Part shown: piece after piece, positions 38,751-52,804 of the stretch
Numbering within the stretch: position 1 is the first letter of the stretch
Layout: every line of letters starts with the position of its first letter
NCBI RefSeq assembly: GCF_001194135.2
Contig: NC_068992.1
Coordinates: 52,885,883-52,949,882 of the forward strand
Reading direction: 5' to 3'
Source: Octopus bimaculoides
Taxonomy: Eukaryota
Length of the DNA stretch: 64,000 nt
Program-made: the position numbers and the translations under genes
The notes under the pieces: model-generated
Told to the model about the DNA's origin: nothing
Database searches by the model: none
Seen by the model: only the letters and a program-made list of their open reading frames with translations

Positions 38751-39820
38751 NNNNNNNNNNNNNNNNNNNNNNNNNNNNNNNNNNNNNNNNNNNNNNNNNN
38801 NNNNNNNNNNNNNNNNNNNNNNNNNNNNNNNNNNNNNNNNNNNNNNNNNNNNNNNNNNNNNNNNNNNNNNNNNNNNNNNNNNNNNNNNNNNNNNNNNNNN
38901 NNNNNNNNNNNNNNNNNNNNNNNNNNNNNNNNNNNNNNNNNNNNNNNNNNNNNNNNNNNNNNNNNNNNNNNNNNNNNNNNNNNNNNNNNNNNNNNNNNNN
39001 NNNNNNNNNNNNNNNNNNNNNNNNNNNNNNNNNNNNNNNNNNNNNNNNNNNNNNNNNNNNNNNNNNNNNNNNNNNNNNNNNNNNNNNNNNNNNNNNNNNN
39101 NNNNNNNNNNNNNNNNNNNNNNNNNNNNNNNNNNNNNNNNNNNNNNNNNNNNNNNNNNNNNNNNNATATATATATATATATATATATACATATATATCAT
39201 ACGTGGTGTTGCAACCAAAAGGTAACAGGAAACGTTCGCTATGGAACGTGCCTTGGATCGGAATTTCATGTGCGCGAAATGAGAATAATACTGAAATTCC
39301 CTATTCTACTTTATGAGGTCTTGATTATATAAGCTGTATGATTTATGACTCCAATGAAGCGAACTCAGGGTTTACATACTAAGTAAAATTCTGTGTAATT
39401 GTGTACCTTAAGTAATCCTGTATGCTCTCTATTATTCGAAGTTATTAGCCAAAACCTAAATTTTGACACAGTGCAAATACGATACGCAACCTGATTCCAA
39501 ATAGCTCCTTCTCTACGTTATAAATTTGTGTGTGTGTGTGTATGTGTGTGTGTGTGTGTGTATGTGTGTGTGTGCGTGTATGTGTGTGTGTGTGGACATG
39601 CGCTCGCTCGCGATGAAAAAATTTTTTGTATGCTTCCTAGGTATGAATAACAGAAGTACAGGACGCTTTATTTCTTATACGGTTTCTTCAGTCATCTAAA
39701 GTCAAATGTCATTTTTAAAGTCACTAAATCTCAGAAAATTTGTGGCCGGAAAATTTTGTCTTTTTCACTGTAAAATACGATTAGTGACAGCAAATGAGAG
39801 ATTATATTAATGACATTTTA

Positions 39821-39860
39821 TACCGTCTGAAGAACATATATACCGTCTGAAGAACATATA
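39821..39860. repeat. Perfect 20-bp tandem duplication TACCGTCTGAAGAACATATA x2
   Basis: Directly visible. Confidence 0.95.
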
Positions 39861-40142
39861 TACATAAAACTAACAAATATACTTTATAATAAGTAATCCA
39901 TAAAACGTGAGATCTACAACTGGCCAGTGCAATAAACGTTCTAAACAATTTTAATTAGACTTATGACTGCGTCTATAAAAGAAAAACATCAGAAATTCAA
40001 AATACCTCGTATATACCATACAGGGTATAGAGTACATATTCGTACATTAACTTTAGTCAGAGCCATGATTACGCTCTAAATACACGAACGCGTAGGCATA
40101 TGAATACATATACATATATATATATATGTATATATATATACA

Positions 40143-40296
<154 letters not shown>

Positions 40297-43200
40297 TTTA
40301 ATCAAAAGATTAAATGTGGTACTTAAAATGTTTGAGACACCAGAATTTAGTAGGGTAAAAACCAAAAACAAAATCAAGAGATTTGGTGAATAAAATTTGA
40401 AGAAAACCAACAAAAATTCAATAGGCTATAGCAGTACGTACGTTTCGTACAAGACTTAATTTATTCATGTAGTGAGAACACTACATAAAATGTTCAATGA
40501 AAATGTACTCCTTAGCTGCATAATGGAATTTCATTTTAGGAAGTCATTTTGTAGATGTGNNNNNNNNNNNNNNNNNNNNNNNNNNNNNNNNNNNNNNNNN
40601 NNNNNNNNNNNNNNNNNNNNNNNNNNNNNNNNNNNNNNNNNNNNNNNNNNNNNNNNNNNNNNNNNNNNNNNNNNNNNNNNNNNNNNNNNNNNNNNNNNNN
40701 NNNNNNNNNNNNNNNNNNNNNNNNNNNNNNNNNNNNNNNNNNNNNNNNNNNNNNNNNNNNNNNNNNNNNNNNNNNNNNNNNNNNNNNNNNNNNNNNNNNN
40801 NNNNNNNNNNNNNNNNNNNNNNNNNNNNNNNNNNNNNNNNNNNNNNNNNNNNNNNNNNNNNNNNNNNNNNNNNNGTATATATATATATATATATAAATAC
40901 ACTTATACACACACGCATATATAATATATATGCAAGTCTACACACACTCGCACACACACATATCTTTATACTCATGCATAATGCCATAGTAAATACCTAT
41001 ATCTCAAAATAAATATATATTCTTAATTTTTGTTGCTTTTCCAAACTGAGAATGGAGTGAAGGTATTAGATTTAAAATGACGTGCAAAATCTGTTTTGTG
41101 GGTCATATTCTTTAATACTCTCTTTTGCAATCGAATTTAACGACAAGGTTCCTTTTACATTTGCAGCACATATGAATGAATTTCAATTAATTATTGTCGT
41201 AAAGTCTGTTTAAACAGATGTTACAACACCTAATATATGTTGTATTATCCCTATGTAAGCAATCAATAAAAACAAAAAAAAACTGGTTTATACTTACTAC
41301 AATGAAAACCACGTTATAATATATTTAATTACTGCCTTGTGTTTTGGACATAAACGCTCAGACACATACAGCAATGATTATATGAATCATAAAACAGTAT
41401 CAGATGGAATAGAGATACTATCAAAATACCAGTGGGAATTGTAAGATAGATATATCTTCGGATGGTTCTCCCCCCCCTTTCTCTCTCTCTCCTCCCTCTT
41501 TCTCTCGCTATTTATATATATATANNNNNNNNNNNNNNNNNNNNNNNNNNNNNNNNNNNNNNNNNNNNNNNNNNNNNNNNNNNNNNNNNNNNNNNNNNNN
41601 NNNNNNNNNNNNNNNNNNNNNNNNNNNNNNNNNNNNNNNNNNNNNNNNNNNNNNNNNNNNNNNNNNNNNNNNNNNNNNNNNNNNNNNNNNNNNNNNNNNN
41701 NNNNNNNNNNNNNNNNNNNNNNNNNNNNNNNNNNNNNNNNNNNNNNNNNNNNNNNNNNNNNNNNNNNNNNNNNNNNNNNNNNNNNNNNNNNNNNNNNNNN
41801 NNNNNNNNNNNNNNNNNNNNNNNNNNNNNNNNNNNNNNNNNNNNNNNNNNNNNNNNNNNNNNNNNNNNNNNNNNNNNNNNNNNNNNNNNNNNNNNNNNNN
41901 NNNNNNNNNNNNNNNNNNNNNNNNNNNNNNNNNNNNNTATATATATATGTCTCCGCTTACAAAATTGCCCTTAAAACGGTATAGTCACATCAAGACTATA
42001 GTAGATGGCACATGCCAATGCGTCCGCTCAGTACTATCAAACACAAACCAGTTAGTATCGTATTTAATATCTTAGCCTCTCACTAATATTGCATAAATAT
42101 GTGTAGATATATGGGGACGTGTTTGTAAGTGCGGGTGTCTGTATTTATGTGCGTGTGTGTGCATAGACACTCCTATATTCCTACATGCATGCATGTATAA
42201 CCACGCATTTTCCAACTCATATACATAGTGCACATTTATACAATTCCATCTATTTCATTAGGAGCAACAGTTAAATAAGTAACGACGCTGAGGAAAAAAA
42301 ACGTACATGAATGACATAAAATCAACTTATTAATAAAATTACGAGAGTTTTCTTGGAGAGACTAAATATATCAGGGAACATCAAAGCTAGAACACTTATA
42401 CAGTGTATAGGTAAATGTATTTTATTTGATATGGCTTATTAGATTTCTTAGGTTAAACTCCAGTAAGTGGTTCGTTGTATGCTTTTATACTTGTATATTG
42501 AAGAATAATATAGAACTTTAGAGCTGCTATATGAGATTAATTTTGCATGATCGCATAAGATAACAGAAGATCAATGTTTAAAAAATAACGGAAAAGAAAA
42601 TTAATTTCTAGTGATTTGTTATCACCCAAGTGAATGAATGCCCCCTTCAATAAAGTAAATATCTCAAGGAATTATGCGTAGACACTTTCGTAACTTGATG
42701 AAACCTTTAAAACTAATTTAATCACTATATAGGCTGGTACCAATTTGTTTGAATAATTTAATACGATATATCAAATTACTAAATATAGATATAGTACTTC
42801 TTTACCACTGAGTCTTTTTCACTAAAAACTCTAGAAAGACGTTAAATTTTTTAGAGTTATTTTTGTACTATTTTATACATATTCTTTCTACATATAGTTG
42901 AAGCGCCTTAATTTCAGGGGAAAAATTGAACTTGTTCTTGATATCCTTATCTCATTGATATAGTGATAAACATAATGACTATAATGATTTAAGGTATTAG
43001 TTTACTGAATAACAACTCCCACTAAATTACATGTGTAGCATGAGGATGGTTCTTTTAGATCAATCTTCATCGCTCAGTTTTTGCATTATCAGTGATACGC
43101 CCCATTTTTGTTGATAAGGAAAATTTCATAAAGTTTAGATTTGCAAATAATGCTGTTATCCTTTGGCCGGATACTGGTTCTCGGCAAATGGAATGTAGCT

Positions 43201-43321
43201 AACCTATGGAGGAGTATGATGCATATTTACAAAAATTCCTGGATAATTTTAGATTTACATTTCTTTCATCTCATTGTGGAGATCCTCCTAGCTTTGGTTA
43301 CTACCATACAACTACGCTAAC

Positions 43322-43366
43322 CTTACGACCGCTTAACTTACGACCGCTTACCCTACGACCACTTAA
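43322..43366. repeat. 15-bp minisatellite x3 (CTTACGACCGCTTAA consensus)
   Basis: Units are CTTACGACCGCTTAA, CTTACGACCGCTTAC and CCTACGACCACTTAA. Confidence 0.9.
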
Positions 43367-45214
43367 CTTGTTTTCGAAAACAGGTTTAAAAAAGACTCGA
43401 TATTCAGACGATGTAATGCGAACTACACATAAATCGAAACACTTATTTTATACCAGTGATAATGCATGCGTAGATATATGCCAAATTGTCTGTATTTAAG
43501 CTGGAAATTCATAGAATATGCGCAAGGCAGTGACATACGAAACAAGTCGAATACTAAGGCAAAATTGTTAAATCGCAGAGTATCATGCATACATTTTTAT
43601 AAGATTAAATCTCTTTAGAAAACTATTCTACCTTGAAAATTATTGAATTATTGATCACCGAATTAAGAATAGGTTAATTATTTTTACACCTAATTCTCTT
43701 AATTATTTTTTGGACAGCACATTGCTCACCGTAGAATCAAATTTATTGTGTACATACAGTAGTTACGAGTAGAAACAAATAGCTGGATTGAACAATAAAT
43801 ATGCTGCATCTCACGAACAAACTGTTGTTAGAAAGATTAATTATTTTCAATGTGTCACTTCATATTGTAAGCTACCAATCAGGGCCCAGGATCATCATAA
43901 GACACACCTTGAAAACAAAAGCGAGTTAATCATTATTGTACAAGAAGTTGCATTTTAAGTTGAGCTATATATTTGTTCTATTTGTGCATGTATTCGACAC
44001 CCATTTAAAAAGAATATACTAAATTTTACGTGTTAATTGTTCATATATAGCTTAAAACGACTAGATTTTTTTCTTTATATATTACAAATTCATAGCTTCA
44101 AATATTCAATAGTTTACTAGTATTCCCATGGCGTATAAAGTTTAGATAATCTGCCTCGTTGAAACACTGAATTTGCTCTTTTGCCTGGCTACAAGCCACG
44201 ACAAAGTCGCCAGTCTATGGTCTATGCTGCGAAAGAAGGCTATACGAACTTTTCTTAACTATTTCTTCTTATCGCAAAATAAAATAAGATAAATAATATA
44301 ATAATGTAATAAATATGTCAAATCTGGATGATTTTTATTACTCTTAATTAATGTGTTATATTTTAAATATTCTTCGTCTAATATCCAATTCTTTCAATCA
44401 GGAGAGCAACTTAAACTTTAAAAAGACATTGAAGAAATAAAGCCAGCTACATCAACCCCTGTAGTTACAGATTTTGATTACTTCAATTAACCTGATTCTT
44501 CTACGATAACTTCTAAGTTTTATTTTTTCTCTCTCCCTTTGTCACTCTCATCATTTTTATTCATCTCTGTTCTCCATCAGTTTGATACATCACCAATTTT
44601 AAGTCTTAAAAATAAGAAAAACAAGAAGCTGTCTTGAAAATTCTTCAAGTGGAAATGAAAATATCTCCACAGAATAAATTTATTCGTCAATAATTTGCTA
44701 GAAAAGATATAAAAGAAATCTTTATCATGTATAATTTAAATAAACCTGAAGGGAAAAAATATTACATTGCACTGGTTTTTCGTTTATTTGTCATTTATGA
44801 AAGTATTATTACACTTACTATAGCTGTGTGTGTGTGCTTTAAATATGTATGTACGTATGTATATATATATATATATNNNNNNNNNNNNNNNNNNNNNNNN
44901 NNNNNNNNNNNNNNNNNNNNNNNNNNNNNNNNNNNNNNNNNNNNNNNNNNNNNNNNNNNNNNNNNNNNNNNNNNNNNNNNNNNNNNNNNNNNNNNNNNNN
45001 NNNNNNNNNNNNNNNNNNNNNNNNNNNNNNNNNNNNNNNNNNNNNNNNNNNNNNNNNNNNNNNNNNNNNNNNNNNNNNNNNNNNNNNNNNNNNNNNNNNN
45101 NNNNNNNNNNNNNNNNNNNNNNNNNNNNNNNNNNNNNNNNNNNNNNNNNNNNNNNNNNNNNNNNNNNNNNNNNNNNNNNNNNNNNNNNNNNNNNNNNNNN
45201 NNNNNNNNNNNNNN

Positions 45215-45309
<95 letters not shown>

Positions 45310-45579
45310 ACTATACATCGTAAGCAAGCAATTAAGCATATACAGTCGTTGATGGAGAAATTAGCAATTTAATTGGCAATGACACCAAAGAGAGACTGAT
45401 GAAACAAGTCCGCAGAACACTGAAATGCGTGTGTGTAAGTGGGGTGCGTGCATGTGTGCGTGCGAGTGTGTGTGTGTGTCCGTATGTGTATGTGTGTTTA
45501 TGCACCCATATATATATTTATATAAATATATAAATATATGTACATATATATGTCGGTGTGGATGCATGTATATATGTAA

Positions 45580-45930
45580 TAGGCGATTACCAACCGCATG
45601 GTTCTGGGTTCAGTCCCACCGTGCGGCACCATGGGCAAGTGTCTTCTACTATAACCTAGGGCCGTGCAAACCTTGTGAGTGGATTTGGCAGACGGAAAGT
45701 AAAAGAAGCCTGTCGTGTATATATGTGTGTGTGTGTACATGTGCGTGTGTGTGCGTGTGTGTATGCTTGTCTGTATATGTTTGTATGTCTCCGTAACTTA
45801 TCGCTCAGCGAAAGAGACCGATAAAATAAGTACTACGCTTACACAGAATAAGTCCTGGGGTTGATTTGTTCGACTAAAAGGCGGTGCTCCAGCATGGCTG
45901 CAGTCAAATATATGCAAAAGTAAAAGAAAA
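45580..45930 (+). mobile_element. SINE family A, near full length (A-box region deleted)
   Basis: GGTTCAGTCCCACC..ATGGGCAAGTGTCTTCTACTATA..GTGAGTGGATTTGGCAGACGGAAA, a microsatellite core, then GAATAAGTCCTGGGG..GGCGGTGCTCCAGCATGG. Confidence 0.88.
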
Positions 45931-46154
45931 TATATATACAGAATGCAATGGGTAAATTGTTCCCATTTTGTATCTTCAAATTTGCGTATGCGCATTGTTT
46001 GTTTTTAATTTGGCTGACTACACAATATAGTAGGATCCATTGGGCACTGTCTGTGATAAAACACTACCATGACGCAATTCATTCTGCCATAAATTTGGAA
46101 ACGACATGCGGTACTGGTGTATAATCGCGTGGGAATATTCAATAAAAACATGTA

Positions 46155-46256
46155 CAAATATCAAGCTTACAAAGAATAAGTCATGGGGTCAATTTCTTCG
46201 ACTAAAAGCCGATGCAGCAGCACGGCGGCAATCATATGACTGAAACAAGTAAACGA
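46155..46256 (+). mobile_element. SINE family A tail fragment
   Basis: GCTTACAAAGAATAAGTCATGGGGTC..CGACTAAAA..TGACTGAAACAAGTAAA. Confidence 0.75.
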
Positions 46257-47187
46257 ATATATATATTCTTGTACATATATATATGCGTATGTGTGTCTGT
46301 CTGTGCATACATTTTTGCAGTAATGCACACGGTTTTATTCTGGTAATTATGAAATAATGAATTGCGCATTATAATAACTACTACACGATTTGTCATTTTT
46401 TGCTTCGTGATTTCTGTAAATTATATTTATTAGAGGCAAGACACATTATATATCACACATGTATTTAATAATCTCCGCAACGGAATAAATGCTACTCAAT
46501 CCTATTCACAATATGATATTTGATATCAACATTTTTGTCATGGACAAATTAAGTAATTATCGTCGTACTAATTTAAAATTGTATGGATGGGAGCAGCATA
46601 AAAGCTTGCCCTATGAAGAGTAACTCAACTTTGTATTAACCCTGTATTATCAATCTTAATATGTTAATTATACTTTTGAAATATTTATCAAGTAACACTT
46701 TCATATGAATACATTATGCTAAATATATGAGCAGTTTTGAGTGCTTATATTTCTGAATTGTTTGTTGTTAAATTCAGGTGACGGAGACCCTGCTCTAATT
46801 GAAATAACTTTTATAAATCTTAAATATTCAGATATTTCCACTTCCTCTAATTTTGGAGAATCATTCTGACTAAATAGAAATGTCCTGTCGGCTTCTTTAG
46901 TGATTGATTGATTCTTCAAAATTATTCCCTACACATTTATAGATTTGTTAATTATGTCAACGTCAATTTGGTGCTTGTGAACATTATGCAAATTCAGATA
47001 GCTAATAGGGCACAACCTAACATGATTTGGTATGCAACGAATACCGTGTTTCTTTCTTACACATTGGCAGCACCCCGTAATGGAACCTATTCAGGATAGT
47101 TGCCGATCTACCGGCAGTTTACAACTTAATAGAAATGTATCACTTTGTTATAGTGTTTTACTATCTTTATATGCATATCATCAATAT

Positions 47188-47283
47188 TCTAATATTATGT
47201 ACCAGATGCGCACTGGGATTAATCTCTTCGACTGGCCCACTACCCAAAAAGTTCCGGCCTTGTGCCTAAAGTAGAAAAGAATA
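47188..47283 (+). mobile_element. SINE family B 3' fragment
   Basis: GTACCAG..GCACTGGG..TCGACTGGCCC..GGCCTTGTGCCTAAAGTAGAAAAGAATAT resembles 6515-6600. Confidence 0.7.
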
Positions 47284-48881
47284 TCGTAATGTTATGAGCG
47301 TTGCCTTTCTTTTGAAGACTATAATGAGAAAGTAAAATCATATTAAAGCAAATCTAATAATCTATTTGTTTATGTGCTTGTGTATGTATATACATGAGTA
47401 CGATATATACTCCCACAAACTCACACCGTCACAGATACACAGACTAATATATATTTTCCAAAACAACAACATTGCTTTCATTTTAATTTTCGGTAAATGT
47501 AATTCAAAAGTTTACTATCTACTAGTCTTAGGATAACCTCAAAAATAAAATAATATGACATAAAACATAAAAGTAAATACTTTACAACTGTGAAGAGAGT
47601 TAGTATATTGGTTCTAAACGATAAACATTTTAAAACGTACAGAAGCTTCCTTTCTTTGTTATGCTTGTTATTGACAAAAACAAATAACAAAAAAAAAAAA
47701 CAGAAACGGAAACTTGTTTAGGTTATCAAGGAGGTCACCTATCATAAACTCCATAAATAATAAATGAACGCTTTCACAACGTACAGCTTCTCCTGAAATA
47801 TCTCTTATTGGGAGGAAACATAAATTAAAGGTCATGAACCAGGACAAAATTTACGGGAAAGAAAGAGTTTTCAGTTATTAGATTATTTTCATATATCAAG
47901 TGTAAAAATTTTTCTCGAAATGTTTATAAAGCTTATTTATAAATAGAAAATCTATTTAAAAAAAAAGTTACTATCTTCCTTTTCATTTCATGACACCTGA
48001 AAATATAAATATACGGTGATATCATTGTTATCTTTTATTGCTATTCCAAGGTAGATATTACTATACAATATTGATTCTATTGCAAAATTGAGAAAACAAA
48101 GTAATGTTCAAGAAATTTTATTACAGCTTTATTGCCACCTTTTTTTTTCTGCAATTACTCTTCTCTTTGATATTTGTAGCCCCCACATACATGTACACGA
48201 ATATATATATATATTCATGTTTGTATATCTATAATTTTTAAAGTTATTTTAGTTTTCAATCACAGTTTTTGTAAGTAAATTTAATTTGCGATAACATATA
48301 TAAAGCGTGTGTGAAAACCTCAATCTTCCATCTGCCACTGATAACACCCGTAGCAAGCAGGGCTGTCAGACACAAAAATAACATCAAGAGACAGGAATAT
48401 TTATTTCTTAAGACAGTATTGGTCAGCCCTTTTGAACTTCACTTCTTACTCTCTATCGGTATCTATATGTGTTTATGTTGTATACACACACACACACCCA
48501 CGGACACACACAAACACGCATATATATTTATATATATATATATATATATACCGCATTCTGTGCGTAGGTGTTTATGCTTGTTCAAATGTATATGTATGTC
48601 CGTTATCGCGAATGTATAGTTGTAACGTTAGGTGAAAGGAAAAATATATAATAACTGATAAAATCTATAAACTTTGGAATTACAAGGGGAGTGGGCAGCG
48701 TGGGGTGAACAAATAAATTATTATTGCAAAGATTAAAGAGGCTCCTGTCTTTTACATGTGTATGTAAGCATAAGTATGTCTATGTTCGGATAAATAAATA
48801 TATATACTTATCTGCGTATGTAATACACATTACATACATTGTACAGATATTTCACATAATATTTACAAATATACAACACTA

Positions 48882-48945
<64 letters not shown>

Positions 48946-48987
48946 CTATGTATGTATATACATATATGTATTTTTATAGATCGTGTG

Positions 48988-49302
48988 AAGGCGTATGTCT
49001 CTGTGGGTGGAGTGTCGGGCTCAGAATCGTAAGGTAGTGTGTTCGCTTTCCTGACCGGGCTGTGCTGTGTGTTCTTCAGCAAGACACTTTATTTCACGTT
49101 GTTCCAATTCACCTAACCGTAGAAACAATTTGTGACGTCATCGTATCCAAGCTATATTGGCGTTTGCCTTTTCCTCAGATACCTTCTGTGGCAGGCAGGA
49201 AGGAGGCTGGTATGCATGGGCGTATGTCCGCATTTTCGCCTAGGTGGGGAACTTTAAATGTGCAATTCTGTGCTTATTCAATTCGGAAGGGAGTCTTTAC
49301 CC
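48988..49302 (+). mobile_element. SINE family C-like copy with a different 3' tail
   Basis: A tRNA-like head is followed by GACCGGGCTG..TGTGTTCTTCAGCAAGACACTTTATTTCACGTTGTTCCA, shared with the 35957 copy. The tail ..GGGAGTCTTTACCCTTT is unrelated to that copy's tail. Confidence 0.65.
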
Positions 49303-49337
49303 TTTATATATACATACATACATACATACATACAAAC

Positions 49338-49453
<116 letters not shown>

Positions 49454-50291
49454 ATATATATATACATTCGTAGTTTCGTACCTTTTCGTTTTGGGATTGT
49501 AGTAAAAATATTTGGTACGTCTTCAATATATAGTGTTCTTTATACAAATTCAAATCTATAAAGGACTCATATATGTATGTCTTGTCTTATGAGGTTATCA
49601 TTAAATGTTGGCTCGTAGTTATATTCAGATATAAACTGCTACGGTTCTAAAGAAGGGTTTTACTGGATTAAGTGGATGATTGGGGTTGCAGAACAGACCT
49701 TCGTGAACTGTAAAAATAACTCTGACATCATCGACAAAATGGTATGATCCTATAAACAATTCTTTACTTCCTTTTAATACTCACCGTACTATATGAATGA
49801 CTGAAACACACATCTACAAGAAATATTTAGTATATAAAGTAACGCTTATAGGAAATTTGAAAGTTGAGTATTGTTTAGCTACAGGACAATTATACTTGAA
49901 GAAACGTGGTCCACATTTTAGATCCATATCGTAATTCTTTTTTATTGATGTTTCTGTGTATCCCAGATTTCATTAAATACTACACCTTTTGATAAGACAT
50001 TCCGGTGCGGTATGAAGAGGAGATTCGGCTGGTATTAAAAGACCAAGCAATCATGGTTACGACTGTTGCTGTTAACAGCAATCTTGTTGACGTTACTCAC
50101 ATTTCATTATTCCTTCCGTTTTATATTTTGAAAATACTTTCTTCTGAACTTTCCTAAATATATATAGTCCTTCTTCTAGAGATAAAATACCTGCTTTGTC
50201 TAAAAAGTTCCGTGATCATGGAGATTTAGCCTTGCAGCTCATGTTTAGAGGCCTCTTTACATTCGTATACACACACTAACCAACGCTTGCA

Positions 50292-50660
50292 TACCTAGGT
50301 CTGATCAATAAGTATCCGGACTGTTGCCATAGTAACGAAGCTAAAGCGCGCAAAGTGAAGCCGCTTAGCAAAGGTTGTCCTTGACCTTTGCTGTGCATCC
50401 AAACTAAGTTTTAACGGTCTAGCTCACCTCTGCTGTCACAGCAGTGCTTGGAAGGAACGTGCGTAGCGTGTGACGTCGCATTGACCATGGCACAGAAAGT
50501 TGTCATCGCGATACCTGCTCAGAGTCCTACGCAAAGTGTTTGGAGAGGAGTGTATGAACCACACACAAGTGTACGAGTGGTTCAAACGTTTCTAAGATGG
50601 CCGAAAAATGTCGATATTGACGAACATTCCAGGAGACCTGCTACCAGCAGAAATGAGAAT
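50292..50660 (+). mobile_element. Mariner 5' fragment (TIR plus HTH part of transposase), second family
   Basis: TA-CCTAGGTCTGATCAATAAGTATCCGGACTG TIR-like start, then RKVFGEECMNHTQVYEWFKRF*DGR..DEHSRRPATSRNE. Confidence 0.85.
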
Positions 50661-51894
50661 AGGTGAGTATATTGACATGTTCGTGACCAAGCGTTTTCAC
50701 ACAAATTGCGTAACAGGAAGACCGGATTACATACATTCGTGATGATACAAAATTGAACCAACTCTGTAGATCAGGACCAATTATATTCGGAGTTGAAAAG
50801 GCAATACGCCGATGGGCCAGAGATAGGATTGTGCCAATGAGCGATTCTATGTCGATTTCCGACTCCTGTCTAGTATAGTTACCATGATTATTGCTGCGCA
50901 GATAAACATTTACATTTTTTGTAACGGTTAGAACTCTGTACTCCAGATGTTGACAAGACTAATCTGACCTCAAGGATTTAGTGCAGATTTGCCTGAAAAT
51001 GTCTAGGATGCGCTGAGATATTTCAAGCGTATGTGTTCCCCCTCTGTATTATAGCCAACATGAATAAACATCCATTTTTATTCTCTTTCAGATATATAAC
51101 TTTGATTTAGAATTGTACCTCATAAAAATAAAATATACTGAGTTGAAGCCATATATATACACACCTGTAACAATATTGCTACCTTTCATTTCTGCATAGT
51201 TGAAAAACAAATCAGCATTCTCGGCCATTATTTCCATCAACATTATTTTCTTCTGTTGACAGAACCAGCTTTATTTTGATAACAACTAAAAGCAAGATGA
51301 CAGTAAATACACACATGCAAACATTAAAGAAATTGAATGTTTGTTCTCACTTTCAGGAAAACAAAACAAAAACGTATTACATTTTATCTTTAATAGCTTT
51401 TCAATATTTTGATGTGACTGAAAATTATTGATTTTCCTGAGGTTGAAGAATGTACGTAGACCTGCATGTATGCGTGCGCCGTATGTATTTACTCCCTCGC
51501 ATGTACACGCGCGCACACAAACATATATATCAAGGCACAAAGTAACAAGTCCATTAGATCTCATGTTATAGTTTTCATTTGACAGATGTTCCCACAGGTG
51601 AATTAGAACATGAAACAATATTGTTCCTCAGTTGATCATACAGGCAGTTGCGCCTTAATATTATATTTTGACTGATAATAAAAATGAACGCTTTCGACAC
51701 TTTGTGAATTTTAAGATATTCCATTTAATAAAAAAAACTATGTATCTGATTAGAAATATTGGTTTTAGGAGATGAGATCGATGGAATCAATTTGTACTTA
51801 CTTTACGGAGATATTTAAATGGAAAGGATATTCGAATTCGATATCATTAAAAGAATGAGCACTGTTCCTTCGTAAATGATGTCTCAGGGTGGTC

Positions 51895-52248
51895 GGATTT
51901 ATTCTTTGTAAGCCTAGCACTTATTCTATCCTTTTCGTTTGCTGAAACGCTAATTTACGAGAACGCAAATACACCAACATCGGTTGTCAAGCGATTGTGA
52001 GGAGAAAACCTCAGACACAAACATATATATATATATATATATATATGTGGTTCAAATTTACAGAAAAAAAAGCAAAAGACGAAGACAGGTGTATAAACAA
52101 CAAGCAGGTGTATTAGGTTGGTGCTCGGGAAGTTGAGAAAGTCTTTTACGTTTCGACCTTACGCTCTCTAACAGAACGGTACAAGAGAAAATAAACAGAG
52201 AGAGAAAAAAAAACTTTGGGAGTTAGCGGTCAATCATGGCGACTGATA

Positions 52249-52281
<33 letters not shown>

Positions 52282-52439
52282 ACGACATGCTTTCGTCAGT
52301 TTCCGTCTAGCAATTCCACTCACAAGGCTTTGGTCGGCCTGAGACTATATTCGAGGACAGTTTCCCAATGTGCATCTGGTGGGACTGAATTCGGTACCAT
52401 GTGGATGGGAAGCAAGCTTCTTACCACACAGCCAGCTCT
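51895..52439 (-). mobile_element. SINE family A, interrupted in its microsatellite core by a 199-bp insert
   Basis: The head (52283-52439) and the 3' part (51895-52020) both match family A in reverse complement. Confidence 0.85.
52047..52245 (-). mobile_element. Insert in a (TA)n run; Penelope terminal-repeat-like segment with a degenerate minimal hammerhead motif
   Basis: Flanked on both sides by (TA)n. The minus strand reads CTGTTAGA-GAGC-GTAA-GGTC-GAAA-CGTA-AAAG. Confidence 0.5.
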
Positions 52440-52804
52440 ACTGTTATATTACAAGTACAAATGTTAGCAAATTATAAAAAGTGGGGAAATAACCAAAACT
52501 GTACGACGTGACCGAGTGTCATATTTGATTATGAAAATGATAGTTTTATATTACAAAGTGAAATGATACAGGAATCAATGAGTTACTATTAGTGGACTAC
52601 AAATTGAAATGGAATGGACAACAGGGACACACATTGGCACAGGGAGGTATCTCTTCTCAGTATTTATTACTGCAAGTATGATAACCCCTGCCCCACAGCG
52701 CTGAAGTATTTGTTTATGCTTTGAAATTTCCGTGGTTCGTCATATATATTTATCTATGTGTGTGCATGTATGTGTGTGCGCACATGCGTGCAGAATAGCC
52801 ATGA

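Noticed and set aside
39200-39235. TACGTGGTGTTGCAACCAAAAGGTAACAGGAA, reminiscent of a mariner TIR
   Set aside because: No transposase sequence or partner TIR follows.
43090-43200. Frame SDTPIFVDKENFIKFRFANNAVILWPDTG, protein-like with an RFADD-like word
   Set aside because: It is short and closed by a stop, with no good donor and no supporting RT motifs.
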